DNA of 64,000 bases from Phoronis australis (lineage: Eukaryota > Animalia > Phoronida), in contig NMRA01000347.1 in the NCBI GenBank assembly GCA_002633005.1, forward strand, positions 248,001-312,000, written 5' to 3'. The position numbers and the translations under genes are program-made. Shown one piece after another: positions 49,425-61,310 of the stretch; the stretch's first letter is position 1, and each line of letters begins with the position of its first letter. The notes beneath the pieces were generated by a model. That model was not told where the DNA came from and made no database searches. It worked only from the letters and a program-made list of their open reading frames with translations.

Positions 49425-49661
49425 AATATGTCTACAACATAGCTCTCAAATCTAGAAACTAGAGTTCTAATTTGGTCAGTTCGGCTTTATGAACGTTTGG
49501 CGAACATGACTTCCAAGGCTTTGAGTAATCGTTCACGAATATCCCTTGTCAAGAAATTCCCGCTGGTTTCGGTCGGCCGACATTTGATATGATAGTCAAG
49601 GAGCGGCATCCGGTTGTTTTCCGCAACGTCATGAAGTTTGTTTTTCAGTAAGTCCAGGTGT

Positions 49662-49815
49662 GCGTTCAGTAACACTAGAACCTACGCCAGGACCTAGCTA
49701 AAATCTAGCTAAAGTCACGTGTTCTCATCTAGAATACACGACAATATCTCAAGTAATCTTGCGAAGTCTTGCTTTTTTGCGAGGTCAACTAGCGTTATTC
49801 AACGGGATCGAGGCA
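49662..49815. mobile_element. MITE family A copy upstream of the C3-like start
   Basis: Similar to 339-490. Confidence 0.75.
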
Positions 49816-51914
49816 GTTGTTAGCATCTAGGGATTCTAATTTTAGCTAACTGGCCACTTTGCCGAAGCTTGACGGTTGAGGGGTCAACGTAAGATTCTTA
49901 TCTTGTACCATTGCTTCGTCAGAGCTCGCTCTGTATACGGTTCATGGCGATTTGGTCCTGCTTGCTCCTGCATGGTGTTTGGAAGTATGCATAGGGGCAT
50001 TGGCTTCAGAGGCATGTTGCACCCACTTTCAGTTTCAACATGACCTCTGGTCTTCCTCAGCAAATCTTGGAGAACATACGATGACTTTCGGCATACATTA
50101 TTTTAATTTCTTCTAAAATCTTGTATCTCACAACTTTGGTAATTCTCGCTAGTCGGCTAATTACGACCGTTTAACAACTGATAAGAGTAAGGAGATAAAG
50201 TAGGGGGGGGGAGGGGAGAGGGCACTCACAGTGATCTGCTGTAATGAAATGTTATTTATCAGGAGACTACAAACACTGTAATATATTGAATTACTAACTT
50301 TGTCTTATGAAAGGCCTAGTAATTGTTTTGTATCTGGCGATATTCGTCTGTCTCCGTGGCCTGCTGCGTGTCATCTCTGTGACTGTAAATACCTTTGCCC
50401 ACCACTTCTGTTTATGCAAATCAAACTTCTGTTCATTCGACGACAGGAGTTATCAATTTTCGTTTAAGTTAGCGTACATCTCCCAGTATCATCTACTGCT
50501 GTGATTTGTGTATTAAAATAATAATATGTTAAATGTTTACCGATCCCCCAGCTCTGGTCCAGGTTACAATGATTCCATACATGGCAGTCACTTAAAAAAC
50601 TTAAAGATACAAGAAAAATACATGATAAATAAACAGTGAGGTCAACGGTTAGAGGAGTTGATCCAAAAATGCCCATAAACAAAAATTGTCTGTTTCCAGG
50701 AAGAAGGACTGGGAAACTTCTTGGGAGGTCTACATGTATGTACCGTGTCACGTACATTCACACTGCGACATCTGTCACGAACTTCCCATATCTAAGTCAG
50801 AATTTCCCTGCAGAGCTGCCAGTAGCCAGTCACGACCAGAATTGTACAACTAAGAACCGGTTAAAATGTGATGACCTCAGCATGTTTTTCTGTGGAATAA
50901 CATCCCGGAAAGTGTAAGTGGTCGTATGACAATACAACCAAGTTCTACAAGGTCGTCTTCATACTTCAATATTTCAGTTAGTTTGACCAGAGTTATTCAT
51001 TTCCATACCTGTAATACACGTAGTCTATCCATCAGTCCCAGAATTTCTGCGTAAAATAGACAAGGGTTCTTGTTTAAAACAAGAACTTATTTGTATCTTG
51101 TCCGAAATTAATCAAATGCTGATGCATTGTTGAGAAATTTCTGTCAAAGAGTTAAATACTTTTTCCAAATCGACCATCTTTTGACCACAAGAATACCAGA
51201 TATTTTATGCATATTGTATTATATAATGAAGACATCGTATTTTTCTCACTAGAAATATTTTCTGGTTCTCATAAAATAGTCCATAACAGATTTTATCCTT
51301 TCAGCTTTAGAATCTGAAAACGTTTATAACTGATATTTAATAAGTTAACGGATCTCCAATTTTATAAGATTTCTTTTGGTTTATCAGCCTAAGGCAATAA
51401 TTTATAACCTAGCATAGCTGATTCTATGATGAATGTCCACTGGCGAAGTTACTGTGAAAACATTTCAAGCCATAGTGTGATACGTCATTCAAGAAAAAAA
51501 TTAAAATTCAACTGCAAACACACCACTCCCTGAGCTTTTCCCATTCCTCATTTTACAAAAAGCACGTGACTGTAATTTCCTCTAACTGAATTCTCCACGC
51601 CGGTACTGGTATGAAGTACATGTTATGACCAAATTATACTTCCATCAACACAAAAGGTTATGCTTTAAGTGTTCGTTGTTTTCCCCTCCCCGACATCCTT
51701 TGCGTGGAAAATAGAAGCGACATAATCACAGTCAAAACGTACATGTACATGTACTGTAATTGAATACATGTACTTGATAACGATAGCTTGTCGACCCACA
51801 GCCTTAGATCTCAAATTCAAGCGAACGGAGACAAGATAAACGTTTTGTTAACATTTTCTTCTTGACCTACGATAACAATTTATATGGACTTGGAAACTTG
51901 AAGTCAATAGTGTC

Positions 51915-52698
51915 CAGTGGCGGATTTAGGATATCAGAAGGGGGGGGCAACATTTTGCCTGTAAACATTTGCTCAAAGCGCGATTGTAGATGCGCATAGC
52001 ACCGAATGGAGGGTGGTCGGCCAGAAAATTTTTCTGTTTTTTTCCTCTAAAAATCAAGCATTTTCCTTGATTCCCGAAGTATTATCCAAGAGAAAAGGCA
52101 AGAAAGAAGGTGTCAACCAGGAAAAACTGCAAGTACCACATACTCGAACTCACGACCTTAGGGATAGAGCGCACGTGCTTTATCACTGCCCCACGATTTA
52201 ACTCCTAGTTTGATACTAAGAGACCTACTTGTTTATGGTCCACAGCGTTTGGGCGCGAAACCTCCTTCTTTTTGTAATGCTTATTACATGTTTTATATTT
52301 TGGGCAATCAGTTCGTAACAAATTTGTTGTACTTAAAATAGTCTTCAACTGCCCAAAAGACCAAATCCGTTTTTTGTGTTGGCAATAATGACGCATTATT
52401 TTTGGAAATCGTCTTAAGTTAAGATTTGACAAAGAGAGAATTATGAGTTTCTGAGTGATTCACTACTGCTTCGATTACAATTGACATCTTACCATCATTA
52501 CTTAGCCATAGTTCCGTTACGATTGCGCCGTGTTCCGAATTTGACACTTAAAACTGCACGCATTTAAATCTTGTTTCGGCCGTATAATTTTAATTACCGG
52601 GGTTAATTAATAAACTCAACACTTCCCTACGCTCTTGCTGTTTTATTTTTTTGCGGCAGCCAAGGGGGAGGGCCTGCGCCCCCCTAAATCCGCCTATG
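51915..52698 (+). mobile_element. MITE family B with internal tRNA-derived segment
   Basis: Termini CAGTGGCGGATTTAGG...CCTAAATCCGCCTATG; homologous to 36150-37062 and to inverted 11518-12246. Confidence 0.85.
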
Positions 52699-55600
52699 GT
52701 GTGTGCTTTGGTTCGGTAAGATAAATTCAACTACTAGTGTTATACTAGGTACGTCTACACGTACCTCGTTATCCGGAAGTGGGAGATGAGGATGTAAACC
52801 AGTATGCTAGGCACACACTGCATTTAATGCTGGACTTTTATGTCAACTCAGCAATCTTTTTGCTCATCCCTTTTTAAGGGAAAATTGATCTTCAGTGTTC
52901 AAACGGTTTTCAAATTGCCCAATCTGCAATGAAGGACTCGAATATTTACTAAACTTCGGTGAAGTAGAGAACCAGTAAGTAACAAAATTGCAGTTCTTAG
53001 TTGGAACGTCAATATAGCACAACCATCTGATCTAAACGAGTCGACAAATACATTTAGGGATTTGTTCAGCTGCAAGGATAAAAATTACCATTTTTAAGAA
53101 GGCAATCCTAACTGCTACAAAATTCCTTCAAATTACAATAACAGTGAACCTTTTTCCATGGTTTACTTGGCGCGGATACGAACCGATTAGGTCAAGCATG
53201 ATTTGGCCTAATGACCATACAACTTCAACGATTATTTAATAGATTGAAAATTGATTATTTGTTATCATAGTTGAATGCAATGTAAAATTCTTAAGTTCGA
53301 AATAAAACTATTTACGAAAAGTATCCGAGTTTACTTTACAATTGCGCAAGCGTGTTTTTACAAAAGTGGTGTCATGCGGTTGAAAGTTTTAGGCACGTCG
53401 GACAGCACAACTTTAATTTCTGACGTTTCGGGTACAGTGTGTGTTGTGTTTACAACTTTTTAAAAAATGGAAGGTAAAAGTGACAAAGAAACAGGAATCT
53501 GGCCAAAAACGGGCGAAATCAAGGAAAAAGGATCTCCTCACAGTATTGCACCGATCGTTTCTATTCTAATAAGCCTCTCGCGTCAGTGCAACAGGTTACT
53601 TCAGAATGCACCTGTTTGCCTAGGGATCTCCCACTTCAGATTTCTAAAGTGACCCTCATTCCACAGACCTACAGTTTCACCAAACAAGGCATGTGGACAC
53701 AAAAATCTCGGCCTGTGAATCAAAAAAAGGTTCATGGTTCGCTAACACAACTCGTGGAACGTGGATACTGCTCATGACAGAGAGCCATCACGGCTCATGC
53801 ACCGTAAACACGGATCACGTACCGAAAACACGGACCACAAAAAACGGCTCGTGGACAACAAACACTGCTTACGGAAAGTAAACTCGACTCACGAACACTT
53901 GACTGAGTCATGCACTACTTTCCTGTTTATAAAATTAAAGGATCCATGTTTATTTCGGATTCGTAAGCCGTCATAGTTTTGAGTCTTCCTGTGCTGGGTT
54001 CATGCGTCGAGTCACGTGTGAGTAGCTCGAATAGTCTTCGTTTAGAGGTTGCATCAGTGCAGAACACAGCAAATGGTTTTATCAGGAGGCATACATGTAC
54101 CAAAAATGGTTATGTTTAGCAACACAAGTTTTCTCGCATTTTTGCGTTTTCTACAAACAATTCGTAAAAAGTGCTATTCACTGTCCTTAAACTGCCGGCG
54201 ACGGCGTTTTGTTGGTGCATTATGGATAGAGAAGCTTGATTGTTTGTGATCAAACTTCTTTTAAAGAGTTCATAATTGAAAGGGATAGGAAAGATCATCT
54301 TAGAGAATTCAGCACCCACTTAGTATCTTTTATACTATCAATATACTCATCCGTATGCATACACCATTGTATACAACCTGTACTTCACAGAGTTGAAATC
54401 TTCTAAAGTGTGTCTCAATGACGCCGAAGACGAAGAGCATTACAGGCGCGCTGGTAGACAGGCAACCAGCGTGGGTACAAGGCAGAGGTTCTAGAGGTAA
54501 ACTAGCGCTGAGGCTCCCACCGAATTCGACTGCTTGAACGCTAATTCCCATGTCCTGGCCATAAAAAGGACAAACTGCCCCGAAATCCATCCGGGACACT
54601 TCGAATATTTTCGAAGCTTCGATGGTGAATTTTATTCATTTAGATTGTACGTGCAAACTTCAGTCATGTGGTCAATCATTCTCCAAGTGACGTATCAGCA
54701 TAACTGAGGTCAGCACGTTGGCAGACAACGTACATCACCGATGGAAAATTTGATGCTGCAAAACTGCCCGAGGTGTTGCAAATACTCGTTAGAATCCTGC
54801 AATGAGTTGCAGTTGCAGCTGTGGCAAATCATGCACATTCTCATAACTGTAAAATAATTATCCTTTCATCTATTCAGTCGTTCAAGCTTCACACACAGTC
54901 CTACTGGGGCAAACAACGGGACGACGCAATATTCCGTTATTCCTCATGTTTTCTCATGTTCAATCATTCAGAATACAATGACGTAAAGACTGGATCTCGG
55001 GCACTGAGAATACCACTATAATTTGTCCTTTTGGACGTGGTTGTAGTGGGAATATTTCGGTTGATCGTTACTAAAGTTACGACATAGAAACAAGCTCTAA
55101 ACTATGAAAATTTAATCCAGCCGAGTGGTAAATTACACGTAGCGTTGTTCAGGGTTTCCTTGAGCCAGCTACAACATCCAGAGATTTTCCAATCGCAGAA
55201 GTCCTACCATGCCGCTAATTGACCTATCGCAAGCTCCGCCCCTATGCGAAAAGTCACGTGATACCCGACATTCGAACGAGATGTCAGAGGCAAATACACT
55301 GTCGCTAAACGACGTTCCTTGTGGAATCGATGAGTGTTTTTGCACTATTTGAAAACGCTTCGACAGAGACAAGAGGCGATGCTTTTCAACAGAGAAACGT
55401 ACGTTCATGATATGGGAATTTGTAAAGGTGACGAGGAAAAAATGGCTCGAGGAGCCAGCGAAAATCCGAAGAAACCCTCTGCCTCGGGGCCACCTTCCCC
55501 TGACAAATGACAAAGCCACTGATACGATATGTTCATGTAAAGCTGGGTATGTACCTTATAGTCGAATTATCTGTACGATTCCATAGATTTCATGATCTTT

Positions 55601-55923
55601 CGAATAAAATCAGTGAAGATTCACCGATATTTTTATTCTGTCGTTTGCTAAATTTCGCCAAATAAAACCTACTGAGTAGGTCACAACTGGTGGGACTCCT
55701 GGGGTAAAGTAGGTCACAGATTACAGACAACACATGCACTGTCTCTGACTAGGTCGACTCGACAGCACTGTTTACGCTTTTCTAATCTTGTAACGAAATA
55801 TTTTGATAAAAAAATTCAGGTTCATAGCTCATGTACACGTTCATCTCGTCCTAGGCAAACAATTAGCTCAAGCGGTGTAGGTCTAGGGCTGTGTCTAAGT
55901 CAGTCAAGTTAATGTCTGCAACT

Positions 55924-56219
55924 CAGTAGCGGATCTAGGATACCACAAGGGGAGTCCAACATGTTGCCTCATGGAATTGGGCAAAGTGCAATTGTATGTA
56001 CACAGGCGGCCCGAAAGTTGCAGGGGCCTGGGATGCAGACTTTGGACCTTCTGTTCAGAAAATCTATCGGTGAACTAAAAAAACAGGAACTTGATTCCGC
56101 CGCTACCGGTCCTAGTTACTGAACTCAATATTTCCTCACGTTTCACGCTCTTGCTGTTTCATTTTGCTTGCGGGGGGGGGTGGGGGCTGGGCCCCTTTCN
56201 CCGCCTAAATCCGCCTATG
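55924..56219 (+). mobile_element. Short MITE related to family B
   Basis: CAGTAGCGGATCTAGGA...CCTAAATCCGCCTATG. Confidence 0.7.
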
Positions 56220-57281
56220 GAATTGTCCGTTTGCACCATTAAGACATTTAAATTAGGCCTACCTTCTTACGAACTTGGGATTTTTTGTAGTTTCATTCCA
56301 TAAAGGTAGCTTTCATTTAATTTTGAAGGTAGCATAATCACTAAGTCGTGGTATGGTTACAAAAGATTACAAGTCTGGTGTGGTAGTTGCAAAAGATAGG
56401 GTATTTACCAAAATAACTCAAATTCATTTAAAGCTTCATAAATCTAAATATCATGTTTGAACAACTTCAAAATGAGCTCTGTCTAACTCTACAGACATAG
56501 TGTATACACGTCAAAAAGTAATTCAACAGTTTATGTTTAGTGACAACAGCTCGACCAAGGCTTTGAGTTACCGGTAGTAATCCAGTGCCCCTCCCTGTGC
56601 AGATCAATTCTCTGAATTTTGACCGGGAGAGAAGTTCAGTTGAACGCCTGCCTACGGGTTTATGAGTAACAAAAATGTACCTCTGTTAGGTTAAAATAAC
56701 TAAAAAACATAAAATAAAAATGTCCTTGAAAACAACAATTTCCGGGGACTATACTGCTAAAGTGCTGAGATCCAGCAGGTGTCGAGACAAAGGCGGCCAG
56801 ACGTAAGAAACTCGGGAGTCACAATCTGAGATAGCCCTTCACCATAGCCACCAAGCTGAAAAGTGCGTATCTTGGAACTAATATATTTGTGTTTATTATA
56901 GCCTTCGAGTTATCAAGCAACATCGCTAAGTTCAGTTGCTCTTGTGGCCGTACAGTTTGATCCATAGTTTACGCTTTTCAACATCATTTTTCGGCTTAGG
57001 ACATGCCAAAAAATGACGGGATATTATTCTGGAGCAGCATAACGGCTGTCGGTGCTGCACACGCCATATCAACACGGTTTCCCCATTCTTAGCGGACAAT
57101 TTCTTGAGCTATAGACTAAAGTAAGTTTTACTCGACTACGTGTGGTTTGTCGGGTATAATGGCGGCTTGGAAACGCAGACGAAGGTGTGCCAAGAATGCT
57201 TTGTTCTGATTGGTCAATTAAGCCGTCCGTCATAATCCTGGCGATAGGTCAATTGAAATATGACAACAGGCTTCCACATAC

Positions 57282-57318
57282 ACATGTACATGTACATGTA
57301 CATGTACATGTACATGTA
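57282..57318. repeat. (ACATGT)n self-complementary hexamer repeat
   Basis: About 6 units. Confidence 0.9.
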
Positions 57319-57684
57319 GAGGTATGCAAAATGTCTACCACACCGCGAATATTAGCAAACAGAACGGTAGTGGTGGCATCTCGTTCAAGACATGCACCTG
57401 TCCAGGGGCGTCCTCTTCTGGTTAATTGAAGGGAGCTTGATCAATAGTTTTTTAGCATCACCTTATCTTAGTATAATTACGGACCCCTAGGTATGTTGGA
57501 GACACATTTACTGTGTTGATTACTTTTTCTTTGCCATTTACGTAGGAAACTCGGCATGCTAGGTAAAGGTCCAGCAAAAGTGCATCGTCATGGTTCTTTT
57601 TAAGTCCGGAAGTTGACACTTACTAATTGTGATACAATTCTCTTTTTCGTTAAAATTCATAACCTTAGTACATGAGTATTCCAG

Positions 57685-57836
57685 GCTTGCATTCAGTAGA
57701 CGTTAGGACCTACGCTAGGACTTAGCTAAAACCTAGTCAAAGTTACGTGTTCTAATTTAAAATACACGGCAGTATCTCACGTAATCTCGCGAAGTCTTGC
57801 TTTTTAGCCAGGTCCTAGCGTTAATGAACGGGAGGC
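57685..57836. mobile_element. MITE family A inserted at a pseudo-exon acceptor
   Basis: 2-bp TSD AG (57683-84, 57837-38); absent at the paralogous site 15441-15443. Confidence 0.85.
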
Positions 57837-60800
57837 AGGACATGCCGGAAGTAGTTGAGTGGTACGAAAGCAACGACCGAGCGATGTTGAGATTTTACGA
57901 TGAAGACGGAAATCCACTTCCAGTCCGTTACGTGGTGCCAGTTATTGGTGAACTTACTACAAGAAGAGGTGAAGAAGCCACATAAAAAGTAATTAGCACC
58001 ACCTCAAATTTCATACTTTGTTTCCAGAGAGATTGTACATTCATACTTTCATTCCAGAAGGCAAAATTGTCCGTCATTATCCGCTCTTGGGTACAACATC
58101 AGAATGTAGCAATAGACCATGCTGCAATCTCCACTTTTTGCGGAGGTAGATTTGTTCTACACTTAAAAGTCAAAGGAACACCTGAATGGATTAATTAGAA
58201 ACTTTTACGATGAGTTGCACACTCAGTACTGATATTTGTTTTTTGGCAAGTTCTTACTGTCTGCGTTGCAACTCAAAGAGCAATGATGCGAGTTTGCTTG
58301 CATTCTAACGATGGATTATATGCTAGATAGGATGGGATATAGTGAGTGAGAACATATGAATGTGAAGAAGCAAGACAGATTTTTGGCACGCGTGTTGAAT
58401 TATGGGTAAATGCCTTTAGAATGAGAGTGGTGCTGGGAGTCTTGTCATTACTAAACATTCCATGACCGATGCAGATTGTCTTTCAAATTCTTAATAAAAA
58501 TTTAATCCTGAGTTATAACCCCCATGTCTTAGTATATATTGAAACCGAGGCGATCACGGTAAAGAAAAATCGGCTGCATAGGCTCACTTAAGAATTTTGA
58601 TATCGCGTTTGACGACTAAGCACCAATTAACGCAGCCTCCAGATGCTTATATCGACTACTGTTTTGATTGCTATGAACCCTTGTGTCTTGGCTGTTTCAT
58701 ACGGTTATACTCAGTTATTGTTTGAGGTCACATACGAAAAAGAGCGAACTATATGATATAAAGACGCACCCATCGATGACTTCATTCATGAAAACGAGTC
58801 ACAACATCTACACGAAGGCGTCTCGAACTTCGTTTACTTATTTAAAATGTTAAACCGAAAATGTTAATCGCAAAATCGCAATAAACAAATTCACATCATG
58901 AATTGCACGAATTGCTGTTTTGTTCAGGTCAAGAACGCTGGTGGAACGCTGTCGTCATTTATACTTTGCTCTCACATAACCACCATGACGACATCAAACT
59001 GCAATCATCATGTTTACGGTAACATCAACCCACTCCATTCAATTTGCACGTTAAATATGCGTAACCTTTAACGAGAGATCACGTAAGGAAGTCAAAGTAA
59101 AGCGTTACATGTACACCCTTAAGAATAAAATAAAACAGCACGTTTTAGAGATGGCGCTTCATGGGATTTAAATGTAGGGTCTTTGCTTAAGTTGAGTCAA
59201 AAAATAATGAGTGTTGGTGAGATGCCTGTTCGTAGTCTGGAGAGCTTTTGGAAGCATAACTTTCAGGAAACGAAAGCTTCAGGTACATTTGTGCAATCCA
59301 AAGGCTCACAACACTCCAAATGGGTAACTCACCATCACTCATTCTTAATCTTAGAGTGGGATAATTAACATTCATTCTACAACCAAAACAATATTTTCTT
59401 TTGAAAGGCGGAGTTTTGGGGTCCTTCTCGAAGGTATGCGAGCAAATACTAGAACGGTAACCGGGAGAGCACTGGAGATTGCTGGGCGTCCGACGTGGGA
59501 AGGGGATAGGCCGCCTTCAGTCTTGAACATTTGAGAATTCTTTCGCGTTAGCACGAAACCTTGTTCATTCCGGAGACAGCTTGTTATGGGTGATAAACCA
59601 GCACTCCAAAAGTCCCAGTAATCTTTGTTTACGATTTTCAGTACACGTTGTTTGAGCCCCTTAAAGTCCTTCTCTCAAACTGCCCATGTGCTTCCAGTAT
59701 CCGAAAATACTTACTACATAAAGTCTTATTTTCGACACCCTTTCTTTATATTATTTTCGCCTTTCTTGCCAAAAGCGATTTTTGAACAGTATTTGACCCT
59801 TCTCTCTGAGCGTATGATTACCGGTTGTCATCGGTTATTTCCGTACCCACATTTCCGGCTCATCAGTTCAGGAACTTGTCCTGAAAGCCGCCATTTTTTC
59901 CTTGTAACTGAATGTGCTATCGCTTGCTCGAAAAGTCTTCATTATTTTGTTTTGTTAGTAATATCTCGTGATTCGTTTGCATATGTAGTGAATTTATAGT
60001 TTGTACTTAGTGGTCGTTGATGTTTTTTGGAATGTTACGCGTACTTAGTATGTTAAAATAGCATTTGTGTTTAGTTCATTACGTTGGCCGGTCGCCGGAC
60101 CTAGGTACCAATATGGGTCGAACCTATTTTTTCGGGTTTTTTTCTTTTCTCGTTTTGAAAAATACTTTGCTATCATTGGAAAGGTAGTGCATTATACTCA
60201 GTAAAAATCGAAACAGTATCAAAATCGGGGCAAGCAGTGTAAAGTTATTGCAAGTTTTGTGTCGAAATTTGGGTCACTTTGTTTGGATCGCGTCGGCCAT
60301 ATTGGAGGACAGCGGGATAAGTTACGAGTTTAAAACTTTGCGTAAATTGTTTTCGCCAACAAATTACGGTGAAATTTAGTTAGACACATCTTTACTTACT
60401 ATTCTGCACGATTTAACAGTGTTAGCCAAATTTCAGCCTCGCAGTTGTTACTCATTAAGGGATAAATGTGCTCACAATTCCCGTTGGACTTTGTCTCATT
60501 TCTGGCGGCACCGACAACATGGCGACTTTTGCTGAACTCAAAGGCATGTTCAATCGGCTACTTTGTAATTTGTGAAGATTTAACGTTGATACATTTTGAC
60601 AAACGTTGCTACAAAAAAGAAACTTTGTTCAATTTTCGTGTTTTTTGTGCAAAAATATAAGATGTATTCGAATCATTTCACTATAAATTTCCCATTCAGG
60701 TGATCTTACACTAAGCTAAAAATAGTTGAAATAATTTTGAAATGGTTTTTTGTTTGACTGTCAATTGCTGTTCAAGGCTTGATTCGGTGTCACAAAATGA

Positions 60801-61199
60801 TTCATTTTTTTCTAAATTTTAATTCTCAGTTGCTTTCAAGTCATGTTTTGTAACTTAATGCTTCTTAATAGCGGATTTGCAGCGCAGACGAATTACGCAT
60901 TGCGCATGTGCGAGTTACTTCCTTCGCGAAGGCTCATGGGATAGCTTGTGGTCAGGCATGTCTTGAGCAGGCTGGATACTGTGTGCATTTGGAGTGATTT
61001 GCGAACTAAAAACCATGTTTCATTTTTTTGCTTTATAATACCAAGCAAGTCCTTTCTCTCGTTTGTAAACACAGCGTAGCTATGATCAGTGACCGTGTGA
61101 CCGAGGGCTCGTCATGTTCATCGGCGTTGATTTCGAAATCTCCTCCGGTTTCAGACAAGTTGAGAGTTCTTGGGTTGCTTAACTTTTGTGGCTTTCGCC

Positions 61200-61310
61200 G
61201 TGGATATGCTAGAGACGTTAATTTTAAGAGGAAACTCCGTCCGAATGTTGTTCTCATAAGTCTTTTTTCCACCAGGAAAATGTTCGCTGCACACACGATG
61301 GCCCCTAGGC
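61200..61310 (-). mobile_element. THAP-domain relic (DNA-transposon derived)
   Basis: Minus-strand translation PRGHRVCSEHFPGGKKTYENNIRTEF matches the C-terminal THAP signature (VCSxHF...PT-like). Confidence 0.65.

Larger units (their letters stand above)
53467..57985 (+). pseudogene. Duplicated, degraded 3' exons of the plus-strand gene
   Basis: 53467-53541 matches 12367-12460 (acceptor lost); ~54390-54497 matches 13142-13248 (indels); 57839-57985 matches 15443 onward (1-nt insertion frameshift, MITE inserted at the acceptor). Confidence 0.8.
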
